A stretch of DNA of 64,000 nucleotides from Octopus vulgaris. Its lineage: Eukaryota. The stretch's first letter is position 1, and each line of letters begins with the position of its first letter. A program made the position numbers and the translations under genes. Below the pieces are notes generated by a model, which had not been told where the DNA came from, did not search any database, and was given only the letters and a program-made list of their open reading frames with translations. Shown here piece by piece: positions 26,470 to 39,018 of the stretch. The stretch is taken from assembly GCA_951406725.2 (NCBI GenBank), contig OX597820.1, forward strand, positions 930,001-994,000, written 5' to 3'.

Positions 26470-26693
26470 GTCCTCAGATTGGTATACAACTCCAAATAAT
26501 CCTAAGGCAAGATCTGAAGTTGAAGTCCAACACCAGTCATCTTTGTAAATCCATAGTTGCATTCCTCAGTTAATCCGGTTACCTTTTACACAGAGCGATA
26601 CATGTCTTCCTGGTTATATCATGAACTCCATGCCATAATCCTAGAAAATTATTTATAACACTAAATGGTAACACAGAGTAATTTCAGCACTAC

Positions 26694-26749
<56 letters not shown>

Positions 26750-26912
26750 AACTCACACATTTTCTGAGGGCAGTGAACCTTTTACTTCCCACCTTGGTGA
26801 AACTAGCAGTGCATGAAACCTCAATCTCCAATTATATCAAGCTTTAATTTACAACATTTACCAAATGCTTGACTTGCAAATCTTGTGAATTTACTCAGCT
26901 TATATTTTGCCT

Positions 26913-26984
<72 letters not shown>

Positions 26985-27143
26985 GTGTGTGTCATTGTGA
27001 GGTCCCTTGTATAGACATTTTTTACTTTGCTCTTTTCCCCCTCCCAGGGGCTGTTTTACAGATTAACAATATTGTTGTGATTGTGAAGATGGCGTTTTCT
27101 CTTCTTTTCCACTCATTTCCTTTCTTTTCTTTCCTCATTCCAG

Positions 27144-27203
27144 TGCTATTACTGAAAAAAAAAAAAAGGCAAACTTTTTCTCTGGATGCCCTTCTAACGA
27201 GAG
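27144..27203 (+). other. Candidate 60-nt exon (possibly 5' UTR or non-coding)
   Basis: About 45-nt polypyrimidine tract ending CATTCCAG| and a consensus donor GAG|GTGAGT at 27204. No recognisable peptide. Confidence 0.4.
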
Positions 27204-27309
27204 GTGAGTAAACTGTTTCACTTGACTAAGAAGCAAAACCTTAACTGATTAGAATTTATTAGAATCACATCACCATTACCAAACGTCTTTTCTCTTTAAT
27301 GTCTAGCAT

Positions 27310-27613
27310 GTCTTTCTTTTTCTCTCTCTCTCTCTCCTCTCTTTCCCCCTCTCTCTCTCTCTTTCCCTCTCTCTCTCCCCCTCTATTTCCCCCTCTTTCT
27401 CTCTCTCTTTCCCTCTCTCTCTCTTTCCCCCTCTCTCTCTTTCCCTCTGTCTCTCTTTTTCCCTCTCTCTCTTTCCCTCTTTCTCTCTCTGCCCCTTCTC
27501 TCTTTCTGCCCCCTTTCTCTTCTCCCCTTTCTCTCTTCCCCCCTCTCTTGCCCTCTCTGCCCCTTCTCTCTTCTGCTCCTTCTCTCTCTTCCTCCCTTCT
27601 CTCTTCTGTCCTG

Positions 27614-27650
<37 letters not shown>

Positions 27651-27860
27651 GTCCCGTCTCATTTCTGCACCCTCTCTCTGTGCATCTCCCTCTCTCTCTC
27701 TCTCTCTCTTTGCTTCACCCCTCTTTCTCTTCCCCCTCTCTCCTCCCCTTCTAACCCTAACCCAATTTCTCTATCTATCTACTCCCTCTCCCTCTCCTTC
27801 TCTCCACCTCTCCTCCACTCCTACTCTCCACATCATCTCCCTCTCTCCTCCACACCCTAC
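27310..27860. repeat. ~550-bp polypyrimidine/polypurine low-complexity tract
   Basis: Almost exclusively C/T on the + strand. Confidence 0.9.
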
Positions 27861-28638
27861 TCACATCATAGCACTTACCCTTATCCCCTGAATCCCCTTT
27901 TGCCAATTATCCAATGTTCATTATTTTTCTAGCTTCTGTGGATTCACTTCAGATGTTTTTGCTATTGTTTAACCCAAGGCAGCGCTGAATGAGTAGGCCT
28001 GTGATCAAAGCTATTCCAGTCATATAACAGGTGTCAAGCAACAATGGTGGTGGTGGTTGTGGGACAATCCCTTCCATATATATATATAATGTATATATAT
28101 ATATAGGCATGGCTGTGTGGTAAGAAGCTTGATTCCCAAACACAGGGTCCCGTGAGCGTGTGATGTACATATAGGGAGAGTTTAGGAAAAAGAACAAAAG
28201 ATGAAGACAGGACATATTAATTGATTGTAATGACCCTTATTTTAACCTTGTCTTGTAGATCACTTTGGGTAAAAGGCCAGTCTGACAAGGACTGCAGCCA
28301 TGAATTCACAATATAGAACGGTGAGGAACTATAACTTTGGACCCTGCCACCAAACGTGCAGAGTTCTTTACCAATCTAAACAATATTGTTAGCCTGTTGT
28401 ACTCACAGACAATATTTAACTTAAACAAGAGCAGCCATGACATTTGAATCTAGAAACAGTCCCAGAAGTCAGGTGCTGTCTCTTGCCTGGCCAGCTCCTG
28501 TCAAACCGCCCGACTGATGCCAGTATGGAAGGCAGATATTAAATAATGACAACGATGATGATGATGATATATATATATATATATATTGGCATTGTATATT
28601 GGCATTGAAATAATTTTCTTTAGCCCTAATTTATAAGT

Positions 28639-28673
<35 letters not shown>

Positions 28674-28708
28674 AAAAATTGTGAAGCATGACTGTCACCA
28701 CTACTACA

Positions 28709-28753
28709 TGAACCTGAAGATTGCAGAATTTAATGCATGAAAGTACTAGTTCA
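28709..28753 (+). ncRNA. Minimal type-I hammerhead motif
   Basis: TGAAC-CTGAAGA-T-TGCA(GAATTTAA)TGCA-T-GAAA-GTAC-TA-GTTCA. 5-bp stem I, 4-bp stem II closed by a T.T mismatch, palindromic AGTACT stem III. Lies about 40 bp downstream of a (TA)n tract. Confidence 0.65.
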
Positions 28754-29092
28754 ATCAGAATGAACATTTAACATTCTATTATTTTATTTTATTTTATTTT
28801 ATTATATTATCTTATATCATTATAAGATTGTAAATAAAACGTGAAAATCAGACAAGGCTGGAATTCCTTTTATTAATATATTCTTCTATACACAATCACA
28901 CACACCCATATATATATCTATCCATCTATATATATATATATATATGTTGGACACAACACATTTTGGCTCAAAACGTAAAAGACTTTTTCCATTTATCCTG
29001 AGCGTCAAACTAATACACTTACTTGTTACTACACCTGTCTTTGTTTTTGTACAAATTTGAACTATATATATACATATATATAAACACACACA

Positions 29093-29310
29093 CAGGGTTG
29101 GCCAACAGTCACCCGACAGTAAATCAAAATTCCATAAATACTTAATATTCAATTTTATTTATTCATTTCCAATTATGAATGTTTAATAATTGAATGCTGT
29201 GGTTTAAAATTACCATTTGTTTTCAATATTTGTCTCATATAAAATAATTTTTTGTTTTAATCTTGGAATTAAATGGTTTTGATTTACTGTCAGGTGACTT
29301 TTGATCAACC

Positions 29311-29313
<3 letters not shown>
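29093..29313. mobile_element. Tc1/mariner MITE
   Basis: ~37-bp TIRs CAGGGTTGGCCAACAGTCACCCGACAGTAAATCAAAA / TTTTGATTTACTGTCAGGTGACTTTTGATCAACCCTG, followed by TA. Confidence 0.85.
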
Positions 29314-29345
<32 letters not shown>

Positions 29346-29348
<3 letters not shown>

Positions 29349-29500
29349 GAAAACCAAAAGACGAAGACAGGTGTATAAACAACAAGCAGGTGTATTAGTT
29401 TAACACTCGAGAAGGTGAGCAAGTCTTTTACGTTTCGAGCCTACACTCCTCAGCAGAAAGGAACACGAGGAAATAAACAGAGAGAGAATAAAAAAACTTG
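29346..29500 (-). mobile_element. Hammerhead-bearing short repeat (PLE pLTR-like), family F
   Basis: Minus strand: CTTT-CTGCTGA-G-GAGT(GTAG)GCTC-GAAA-CG-TA-AAAG. Related copies at 46357-46490(-), 28965-29062(+, 3' half) and, more distantly, 52164-52337(-). All adjacent to (TA)n. Confidence 0.65.
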
Positions 29501-31906
29501 TGGAATTAGCAGGCCGCAACCTGGCAGAATCGTTAGCACGCCGGGCAAAATGCTTAGCAGTATTTCGTCTGCCACTACATTCTGAGTTCAAATTCGACTT
29601 TGCCTTTCATCTTTTCGGGGTCGATTAAATAAGTACCAGTTACACACTGGGGTTGAAATAATCGACTTAATCCGTTTGTCCTCTCTGTGTTTAGCCTCTT
29701 GTGGGTAGTAAAGAAATAGGGATTAGCAGTCAATCATGGTGACTGCATATATATATATATATATATATATATGCTGGGCTTCTACACAGTTTCTGTCAAT
29801 AAAACAGTCTCACAGGCATTCGTCAGCCTGGGGCTATAGTCGAATACATTTGCTGAAAGTGCCCTGCTGTGGGAGTGAACCCAAAGTGGTCATGAAGCAA
29901 GCTCCTTAACCACACAGCCATGCCTAAAACCGAAATTTTAACAATATAAAAAAAAAAAACTATAATAACAAAGCTAAATAAAAATAATTACACCACCAAC
30001 AACAACAACAACAAAAGCTGATAAGAACAATAATTAGGACAATTCTAGATTAAACTGTCGTGACTTCTCTAGATTAAGTTAAATATTGTCGTGTTTTTCA
30101 TTCACGAGTTTTGCCTTTGAATTATCCTGGGATGGGAGAGCAATAGTTCAACTCTTCTCAATTGTCTGCTCTCCTCATCCCCCTCTTCTTCCCCTTCTTT
30201 CCTATTTCTTTCCAATATTTTTTCTGCTTCTGGCAGACAAACTGACATTCTATCAGCCATGATGACAGAGGTTCCAGTTGATAATCATTCTACTGGCCTC
30301 TCTTGCTAAACTGCTAAGTTAAAGGGATGTAAACAAACCAATATCAGTTGTCAAGCAGTGGGATGGGCTAAACACACACACATGCACTCTCTCTGTCTCT
30401 CTCTCTCTCACACACACACCTCATTCACACATCACACACACACACCTCTCACACACCTCAAACACACACACATACTAACTCTGTCCGTCTTTCTCTCTCT
30501 TTCACTCTCTCTCTTTCACTCTCTCTCTTTCACTCTCTCTCTTTCACTCCCTCTCTCTCTCAATCTCTCTCTCCCTCTCATCAATATCTTCAATGTATGT
30601 AAATGTTTATTTACTAACCAGCAACAGTAGCAGCAGTAGCAGCAGTAGCAGCTCACTGCTCTCCCATCGCTCGGTGATTGATTATATACACTTGTATACA
30701 CACACTCTCACATATACATACTTATACCCCTCCCCCCCCATTTACTCATGTTCATTCATGCGTACATTCACCCACTTCCCCCCTCCCATACACACACACA
30801 CAGCCATGCATAAACACACATGTAGATACTTAGTGATTTACACATTTACACACATACTAGAAGATATTGACTATTTTCATGTCAAAACATATAAAAACAA
30901 AATAAGAAAACCAATTGTGGTAATTAAAAATGATTACTAATAGGTAGTCCCTCCCCCCCTCACCCTTGTCGTGTTTCAGTAATCTTAGAATAATGAAATG
31001 GTAATGATAACAATAATGATCGTATTGTGATGATGATGATGATGATGACAATGGCAGTGATGGTGATGGACAACAATGATGATTATGGCAATGACGATGA
31101 TGATGATGATGATGATGATGATGTCGGTGATGACGATGATGACGGTGTGGTGTGATGGTGATAATGAAAACGATGATGAATGTGATAACGATGACAATGG
31201 CGATGTGGATGGTAGTATAGACAATGATGATGATGGTGGTGATGATGATGCTGGTGCTAGTGATGATGAAGAAAGCCAGCTATGATGTCAGATACCATAT
31301 CTACAATCACATTAGTTCCACCTCAGTCGATTTCCTTTCAACTCGTGACCGTATTTTTCTAAAATCATATTTCCTTCCTGATTCAAATCTTCCCCAATTA
31401 GACTAGACTACCTCAGTAAAAGATGACAGCCACTATACCTCATTCCCCTAATTTCCGTTTCATTTTATTCATTCTTAAACTCCTTCATTTTTCCTTCTTT
31501 TTCTCTTATTTTTTATTTTGTTTTATTCATTCTAAATTTTGCTTTCATATTTATCTCTTTTCATTCAAAATTTTTTTATTCATTAAAAAAGTCTCTTTCA
31601 AAATTTCTTTCATTCTAACATTCTTTCATTCTAAATTTCTCTCACATTCCTTTCCAAATTTATTCATCTTTCTATTTCCTTCTTTCCCTGTTTCTTTCAT
31701 CCAATTTTTCTTCTTCCTTCTTTCATTTTCTCATTCTTCATTTTTTCTTTCAATTTCTCATCAATTTCCTTCATATATTTCTTACCCCTTCCCTCTAATC
31801 ATTCATTCACTTCATTCTCATTATTCTTCTCTTTCACTTTTATCTCCTTCCTCATTGCTTTAATCCCTCTTTCATTTCACCATTCCTTCTTTTCTTTAGT
31901 AGGGTC

Positions 31907-32280
31907 AGGCATGGCTGTGTGGTAGAAAGCTTGCTTCCCAACCACATGGTTCTGGGTTCAGTCCCACTTCATGGCATCTTGGGTGAGTGTTTTCTACGAT
32001 AGCCTCGGCCCAACCAAGGCCTTTTGAGTGGATTTGGTAGGCGGAAACTGAAAGAAGCCCATCCTATATATATATATATATATATAATGTGTGTGTGTCT
32101 TTGTGTCTGTTTGTCCATCTCAGCTTGACAACCAGTGTTGGTGTGTTTACATCCCCACTCCTCCCAGAACTCAACAGTTCAGAAAGAGAAATAAATACTG
32201 GGTTCAGTTGATTGGATAAAAAATTTCTTGAAGGTGGTGCCCCAGCATGGCCGCAGTCTAATAACTGATGGAAGATAAAA
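31907..32280 (+). mobile_element. SINE family B, full length
   Basis: GGCATGGCTGTGTGGT head through CCCAGCATGGCCGCAGTC tail. Confidence 0.8.
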
Positions 32281-33782
32281 GCAGTATTCTGTATTCTCTT
32301 CAGTTTGTTCTAACAATCCTGTTTTTTTATTTTTTATTTTTTAACACTAAACATCAAAATGGTATTCCAGAAAAACCACCACCACCACCACCACCACCTC
32401 TTCCTCCTCCTCACTCACTCCCACTCTTCTAGTCTGCACCCTCCCCACCCACCCTTTACACTTATCTACCCCCCTCCCTCCTTCCGTTATATTACTCCTT
32501 GCCCACCCCCCACTCCGCCACCCCCCTACACCTTACAATCCTAATTAAACTAATTTCATTGACACAAACAATTCAATTCGAAAAATTAATCAGACAAAAG
32601 TATTCTTGTTGCTGTTTTTGTTGTTGTTGTTGATGATGACGACAATGATGATGATGACCATGGTGATGACAATAATGATGACGAAGATGATGATGATGAT
32701 GATAACGAGGACAAAGATGATCATCCTCATGACGATGACGAAGATGATGACGACGAAGACGATGATGACAATGAAGACGATGATGACAACATGATGACGA
32801 CATTAGAACGACAATGATGACGTTGATGAGGACGATGATGATGATGATTGTTGATTCAACAGTTATAGCTATTGTTGCAGCTGTTCCTGCCCTGGTTGTT
32901 GTTGTTGCTGTTGTTTATCGCCCCCCCCCCCCCCGGCCAGTCCAGTTCCAGCTGAGACCCTGTCTTTTGCTTGCTTCAGTCATTGGATTGCAGCCATGCT
33001 GGGACCATGTCTTTCAAGGGGTTTTAGCGAAGCAAACCAACACCAGTTCTTCCTTTTTTTAAAGCCTGGTACTTACTCTGTCAGTGTCTGTTGTTGAACT
33101 GCTAAGTTATGGAGACCTAAATAAGCCAACACTAGTTGTCAAGCAGTGATGTGTGGGAAACACACACACACACACACATACAACCCATACGTGTCTGTCC
33201 GTGCATGTATGTATGTATGTACATATATATATGTATGTATGTGTGTGTGTGTGTGTGTGTACGTGTGTACTTTTCTACTCTAAGCACAAGGCCTAAAATT
33301 TTGGGGGAAGGTGTCAGTTGATTAGATCAACCCCAGTATGCAACTGGTACTTAATTTATTGACTCTGAAAGGAGGAAAGGCAAAGTTGACCTCAGCGGAA
33401 TTTGAACTTAGAACTTAAAGACAGACAACATACCTCTAAGCATTTCACCCAGCATGTTAACATTTCTGCCAGCTCGCCTCACACACACACACACACACAC
33501 ACAGTAATTACTTGAGTATCACAGGTGTTATGTTCCAAAACCTCCCACAGAAATAATTGTGCTTTTGTGCATTCCCAGAGAATATTACCCTCAGCGGTGC
33601 TAGTGTTGGTATATTCATGAATAAGTCACTAACCAAAATAAGTGGATCTATTGTTTAGGAAAATACTATTTACTTGTTTAAAGGTTGTACTGGATAAATT
33701 GTGAAAATAACTTTAACAGTTCAAATACTAAGAAATAAGCATACTCAATTTCATTTTTGCTAAATAATTTAGGAAAATGAAA

Positions 33783-33940
33783 GGGTTATTTCTCTTGGGT
33801 ATAAATAAGGATCCCTTCCAGGGGCAAATGGGTTATTTCCCTTGGATATATATAAGGATTCCTTCCAGAGGCGAATGGGTTATTTCTCTTGGTTTTTAAA
33901 ATAAAATATATTAGATATATATAAGGATCCCTTCCAGGGC
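33783..33940. repeat. ~47-bp tandem repeat x3 (GGGTTATTTCTCTTGGGTATAAATAAGGATCCCTTCCAGGGGCAAAT)
   Basis: Three diverged units; the third has an AT-rich insertion. Confidence 0.85.
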
Positions 33941-34832
33941 CCCTATTATCGATTTTTTTCAACAACCTGAATATGCCATGAGGCTTCCTGACATCAAAAT
34001 TGAAAAAAAGCAATATAGTAGGAGTGAGCTAACAACTCCACAAACACACCCACAGACATAATTTCCTACACATGTAGTAGATGTATATACATTTATGTGT
34101 GTGTGTGTGTGTCCCACCGCCATTCACTTGACAACCGATGTTGGTGTGTTTACGTCCCTGTAACTTAAGCAGTTTGGCAAAGGAGACCAATAAAATAATT
34201 ACTAGGCTTACAAAGAATAAGTCCTGGGGTCGATTTGTTAGACTAAAAGGCGGTGCTCCAGCATGGCCACATTTAAAAGACTGAAACAAGTAAAAGAATA
34301 TCTACAACAAGAACCATATTTTTTTTAATGTGCAACAAAAACAAAAAACTTAATAAGAAAAAGAAAAAAGTAGAATAAAAATAGTATTTAAGAGAAAACT
34401 ACAAAAATCTCATCAGTATAATGTATTGTTTTATATTAACCCCGTCTATCTTGGAATCAAAGGTCACCTGGAGTATTGATGCATAATAAGTTGGTGTATA
34501 CTTACATATACACGTGTGTATATGTATGCATGTTTATATCTCCAGTTTTAATTTATTAGAAACCAAATCAATATGAAATTAATTTGCATATGCATATAGC
34601 GTATAGGTTGTAGGAAGTACTTAGCTTTGTGCTTCTTAATAACTAATTAATTAAAACTACTGATTGCTTTGCTCGTATGTGCTCAGATAGATAAGAAGAT
34701 AGATGAAATGTGCATTCTAGGCATTTGAATAAAGTATATATATATATACACATACATACATATACATACATACGTATACATACATTTCTGCTGCTTAAAA
34801 TAAAGTATATATATATATATATATGTACAAAT

Positions 34833-34863
<31 letters not shown>

Positions 34864-34865
34864 CT

Positions 34866-35244
34866 GTGGCATTCTATCGGTTACGAAGACGAGGGTTCCA
34901 GTTGATCCGATCAACGGAACAGCCTGCTCATGAAATTAACGTGCAAGTGGCTGAGCACTCCACAGACACATGTACCCTTAATGTAGTACTCGGGGAGATT
35001 CAACGTGACACAGAGTGTGACAAGGCTGGCCCTTTGAATTACTGGTACAACAGAAACAGGAAGAAAGAGTGAGAGAAAGTTGTGGTGAAAGAATACAGCA
35101 GGGCTCTCCACCACCCCCTGCTGGAGTCTCATGGGGCTTTTAGGTGTTTTCGCTCAATAAACACTCACAACGCCCGGTCTGCGAATCGAAACCACAATCC
35201 TATGACTGCGAGTCTGCTGCCCTAACCACTGGGCCATTGCGCCT
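34866..35244 (-). mobile_element. SINE family C (long subtype), full length
   Basis: Minus head GGCGCAATGGCCCAGTGGTTAGGGCAGC..GGTTTCGATTC. Matches the copy at 45395-45758(+). Confidence 0.85.
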
Positions 35245-35496
35245 CAACAAATATATATACACAGACACACATATACACACTTTATTAAAGCAGGAAAAAT
35301 ATCACAAGGAACTGCTACTCAGAGTTTGCCATTCCTGTTTGTCAGAGAGTTTAGATTCCTAATCTAAACCATAAACCTCTGAGTAGCTGTTTCTTTTGAT
35401 ATTTTTGTGATGTTTTTGCAGCTTTGATAATAATAAAGCCTATTACTCTACCTCCGGTATTTGAGTACTGTTTTTTACCCACCTTGCTTACTTTGG

Positions 35497-35528
<32 letters not shown>

Positions 35529-35723
35529 TTACAATATCGACAAGACTGTCAGCTGTTATACATCACTGGTCACAATGCACTTCACGTTGTTGTTTTAGCT
35601 TTTTGAATGATGATGCCCCACTGGCTAAACAAAGTGAACCCAGGATCTAGTGATTGTGAGTGAAACACCCTGTCCACTTGGTCATACACCTTCTCTTTCT
35701 CTCTCTCTCTCCCTCCCTCTCTC

Positions 35724-35765
<42 letters not shown>

Positions 35766-36258
35766 TCCCTCTCTCACACACACATAGAAAAACATGAAGT
35801 TATGAGGTTTGAGAGTTGAATTTATACTTATTTATATAACCAACTGATTTCCATAGGCTTACAGTTGTTTCGGAACCTTCTTCATACAGAATTAACTGCA
35901 GTGTGTAAAACTTTATGCCTACATGTTTGCATTTACATGTATGCTCATCATTTTACAGTACCATGGTATATTCACAAATCAATGCAGATCAAGAAAGCTA
36001 GCTCATCAGATCACTGGAACATGGTGGTAACACTTCATACAAAGGTTTAATTGCATAATTATTATAGATACTTGTGGATGCAGACATAGCTGTGTGGTTA
36101 TGAAGTATGTTTCCCAATGATGAGGCCCTGGGTTTGATCCCACTGGATGGTATTTCTAGAAAGGTATGAGACATTTTGGCACCGTCATTTTGTTGCCACC
36201 TATTTGGCATTGCTGATTCGATTCTGATTTATTTGATGTCTGACATTTTAATGTGTGT

Positions 36259-36293
<35 letters not shown>

Positions 36294-36748
36294 ACTTTCT
36301 CCCACATTCTTTCTATCTACATATGTATAATTCTGCCTGCTTGTCTGTGGAGTACTCAGCCACACTGTATGCCAATCCAATGAGTAAGTTGATCAATTGA
36401 TCACACTGTTGGCTGCTCATGTTACTCTCTGTGGGAGACAAAGAGAATCCCCATCATACATAATGTCTGTGTGTCTGTCAGTTCCAGCATTAAACAGGTC
36501 CCCTTACCCTTTTCACACTCATTCCCGTCTTTCTTTATTCGACTCTTTGCTGCTCCCTGTCCCTTTTTTTTTACCCTTTTCCAACAAGCTGTAGTCTACT
36601 AGTGCTCCGTCTACGATGACAATTTCAAAATTTGGCACAAAGCCAGCAATTTTGAGGGAGGGGTTGGGTTAGTTACATAAACCCCAGCATTCAACTGGTA
36701 CTTATTTTATCAACCCCAAGAGAATGAAAAGAAAAGTCAATTATTCAT

Positions 36749-36853
36749 ATTATTTACATTTGACGGATATTTGTCCTCATCTTGTTTGTTGTTAACACAA
36801 CGTTTTAGCTGATGTACCCTCCAGCCTTTATCAGGTGTCTTGGGGGAAATTTC
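36749..36853 (-). mobile_element. 5'-truncated copy of the tRNA-hammerhead PLE repeat (core mutated)
   Basis: GACAC-CTGATAA-A-GGCTG...CAGCT-AAAA-CG-TT-GTGTT and the same downstream tail as 40735-41013. Confidence 0.8.
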
Positions 36854-38566
36854 TATCTGTCATCACCAAGCGCCTCCAGCTCCATCTAAACCACATCTTC
36901 CAACACAAAAGTGTCTGTACATAGTTAATTGATTTACTAACAATAGCAGTTAAATTCTCCCTCAAATCATACCCTACTGTCTCCAAAGAACTCAGCAAAC
37001 TTGGAATAATGTACCACTAAATATGCCAAAAACAATGGAAGGGTCTCTGGTGTAACCCCTTTGATCATAGGTCTGCTTCACTCGTATCAGGACAATCCCC
37101 ACCAACGACAACTACCCAACCCCAAGGACAATTACACCTGTTGGTTAATCACCCCCTCTCCAATATATTAAGAAGTTTTAAATCATCATCCGTTGTCCTT
37201 GGGGAGGTTATTGTCCATGGGTGGGGTGGGGCTAAATGTCCTAGACTCGCTTCAACAATGGTTGATCTGAGACTGAACAAGAATGTTAACAACAAAAAAG
37301 ACAAACCCACCATGACAGTGCCATCAGTGCCAGCATATTGTGTGTAGAAGCAGAAAGCAAACCTTTCAGTTCCATCGCAACTCCTGCCCCCCTCTTTTGC
37401 AGGTATGGCCGTGTGGTAAGAAGTTTGCTTCCCAACCACTTGGTTTCAGGTTCAAGTTCCACTGTATGACACCTTAGGCAAATGTATTCTACTATAGCTC
37501 CAGGCAGACCAAAGCTTTATGAGAAAATTTTGTAAATGGAAACTGTGTGGAAGCCTGTCTTGTGTGTGTGTGTTTGTGTGCATGTATATATATATATATA
37601 TATGGACATACATATGCATGTACATATGTAATTTGTGTGTCTGTGTGCTTGTTTGTCTCCCAGCCACTTGACAACAAGTGTTGGTTTGTTTACATCCCTG
37701 TAACATTTTGATTCAGCAAAAGAGACAATTAAAGTTCCAAGCCTTCAAAAAATAAGTTTTGTTTGACTAGACAACACTCCAGTTAACACATCACCACAAA
37801 TACCTCCACCACCACCACCACCAGCCTTACCTGCATCCCAACATTCCCCTCTTCAACCCAACCCCCCAGCACCTCCACCGCCATCGTCCCCACTCTCAAC
37901 ACCATTCCCATCATCACTCCCACTGTCACCACACTCCTCCTCTCCCCTCAAGGTATCCTCATCACCCACCCCCACCACCTATCTTTGTTACTTTCCCCAC
38001 CTCCACAAACTGCAACACTACCCCACCACCAACAGCGTCACCCTCCACCACCCACCACCACTATGATCTCAACTACTCTCTAACACCATCACACTTAACC
38101 AGCAGCAGCAGCAGCAGCCTAGAAACCAATTCTTGTGACACCATTCTTTGTTATTTTGAAGGAAATAATCAATTTTAATTATGTAAACTTATTTCAATTT
38201 TTCTGATTGTGTGTGTGTGTGTGTGTTTGTGTTCCTTTTTACTAGTGTCAGTCATTGGACTACGGCCATGCTAGAGCACCACCTTGAGGAAGTTGAGTCG
38301 GAAAAATCGCCCACCCCCACCGTTATTTACTTTCTTTTTCAGCTCAGTGCCTGTTCTTTCGTTCACTTTTGCTGATCCACTAAGTTACAGGGACGTAAAC
38401 ACACCAACACTGGTTGTTAAGCCGTGTGGAAGGGAGTCAAACGGCAACAGAAAGATATACACACATATGTACATGTGTATGCATGTATATACTGCTTAGC
38501 ACAAGTCTTATAACGTTTTCTTTATCCTGTGAAACATGAAGCTCTATAGTATACTATATATACACA

Positions 38567-38935
38567 TCATCATCATCATCATCGTTTAACGTCCATTTTC
38601 CACGCTAGCGTGGGTTGGACGGTTCGACCGGGGTCTGGGAAGCCAGGGGCTGCACCAGGCTCCAGTCTGATCTGGCAGTGTTTCTACAGCTGGATGCCCT
38701 TCCTAACGCCAACCACTCCGCGAGTGTAGTGGGTGCTTTTTATGTGCCACCAGCACAGGTGCCAGGGGTGTCTGGCATCGGCCACGATCGGTTGGTGCTT
38801 TTAACGTGCCACCGGTACGGAAGCCAGCCAAGGCGGCGCTGGCATCGACCATGTTCGGGCTGTGCTTTTTACGTGTTACCGGCACAGAAGCCAGTTGAGG
38901 CGGCACTGGCAACAGCCACGTTCGGATGGTGCATT
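38567..38935 (-). mobile_element. Retroposon family E with (GAT)n tail (...GCATGGAAAA.GGACGTTAAACGATGATG) and internal ~60-bp tandem units
   Basis: Shared tail and GTTGGC.TTAGGAAGGGCATCCAGCTGTAGAAA block. Other copies at 25465-25700(-), 41950-42175(+), 45997-46310(-), 49490-49745(+), 55660-55760(+), 56660-56910(+), 57430-57594(+), 63420-63655(+). Confidence 0.8.
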
Positions 38936-39018
38936 TTATACGTATACACACATACATTTGTGTACATACACACACGCATCCTAATTAATCAAGATATATT
39001 ACACATATATATATATAT

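Noticed and set aside
27750-27763. CTAACCCTAACCC telomere-like repeat
   Set aside because: Only two units within a pyrimidine-rich tract.
33783-33940. CRISPR-like array
   Set aside because: Adjacent tandem units with no unique spacers, no cas genes, eukaryotic context.
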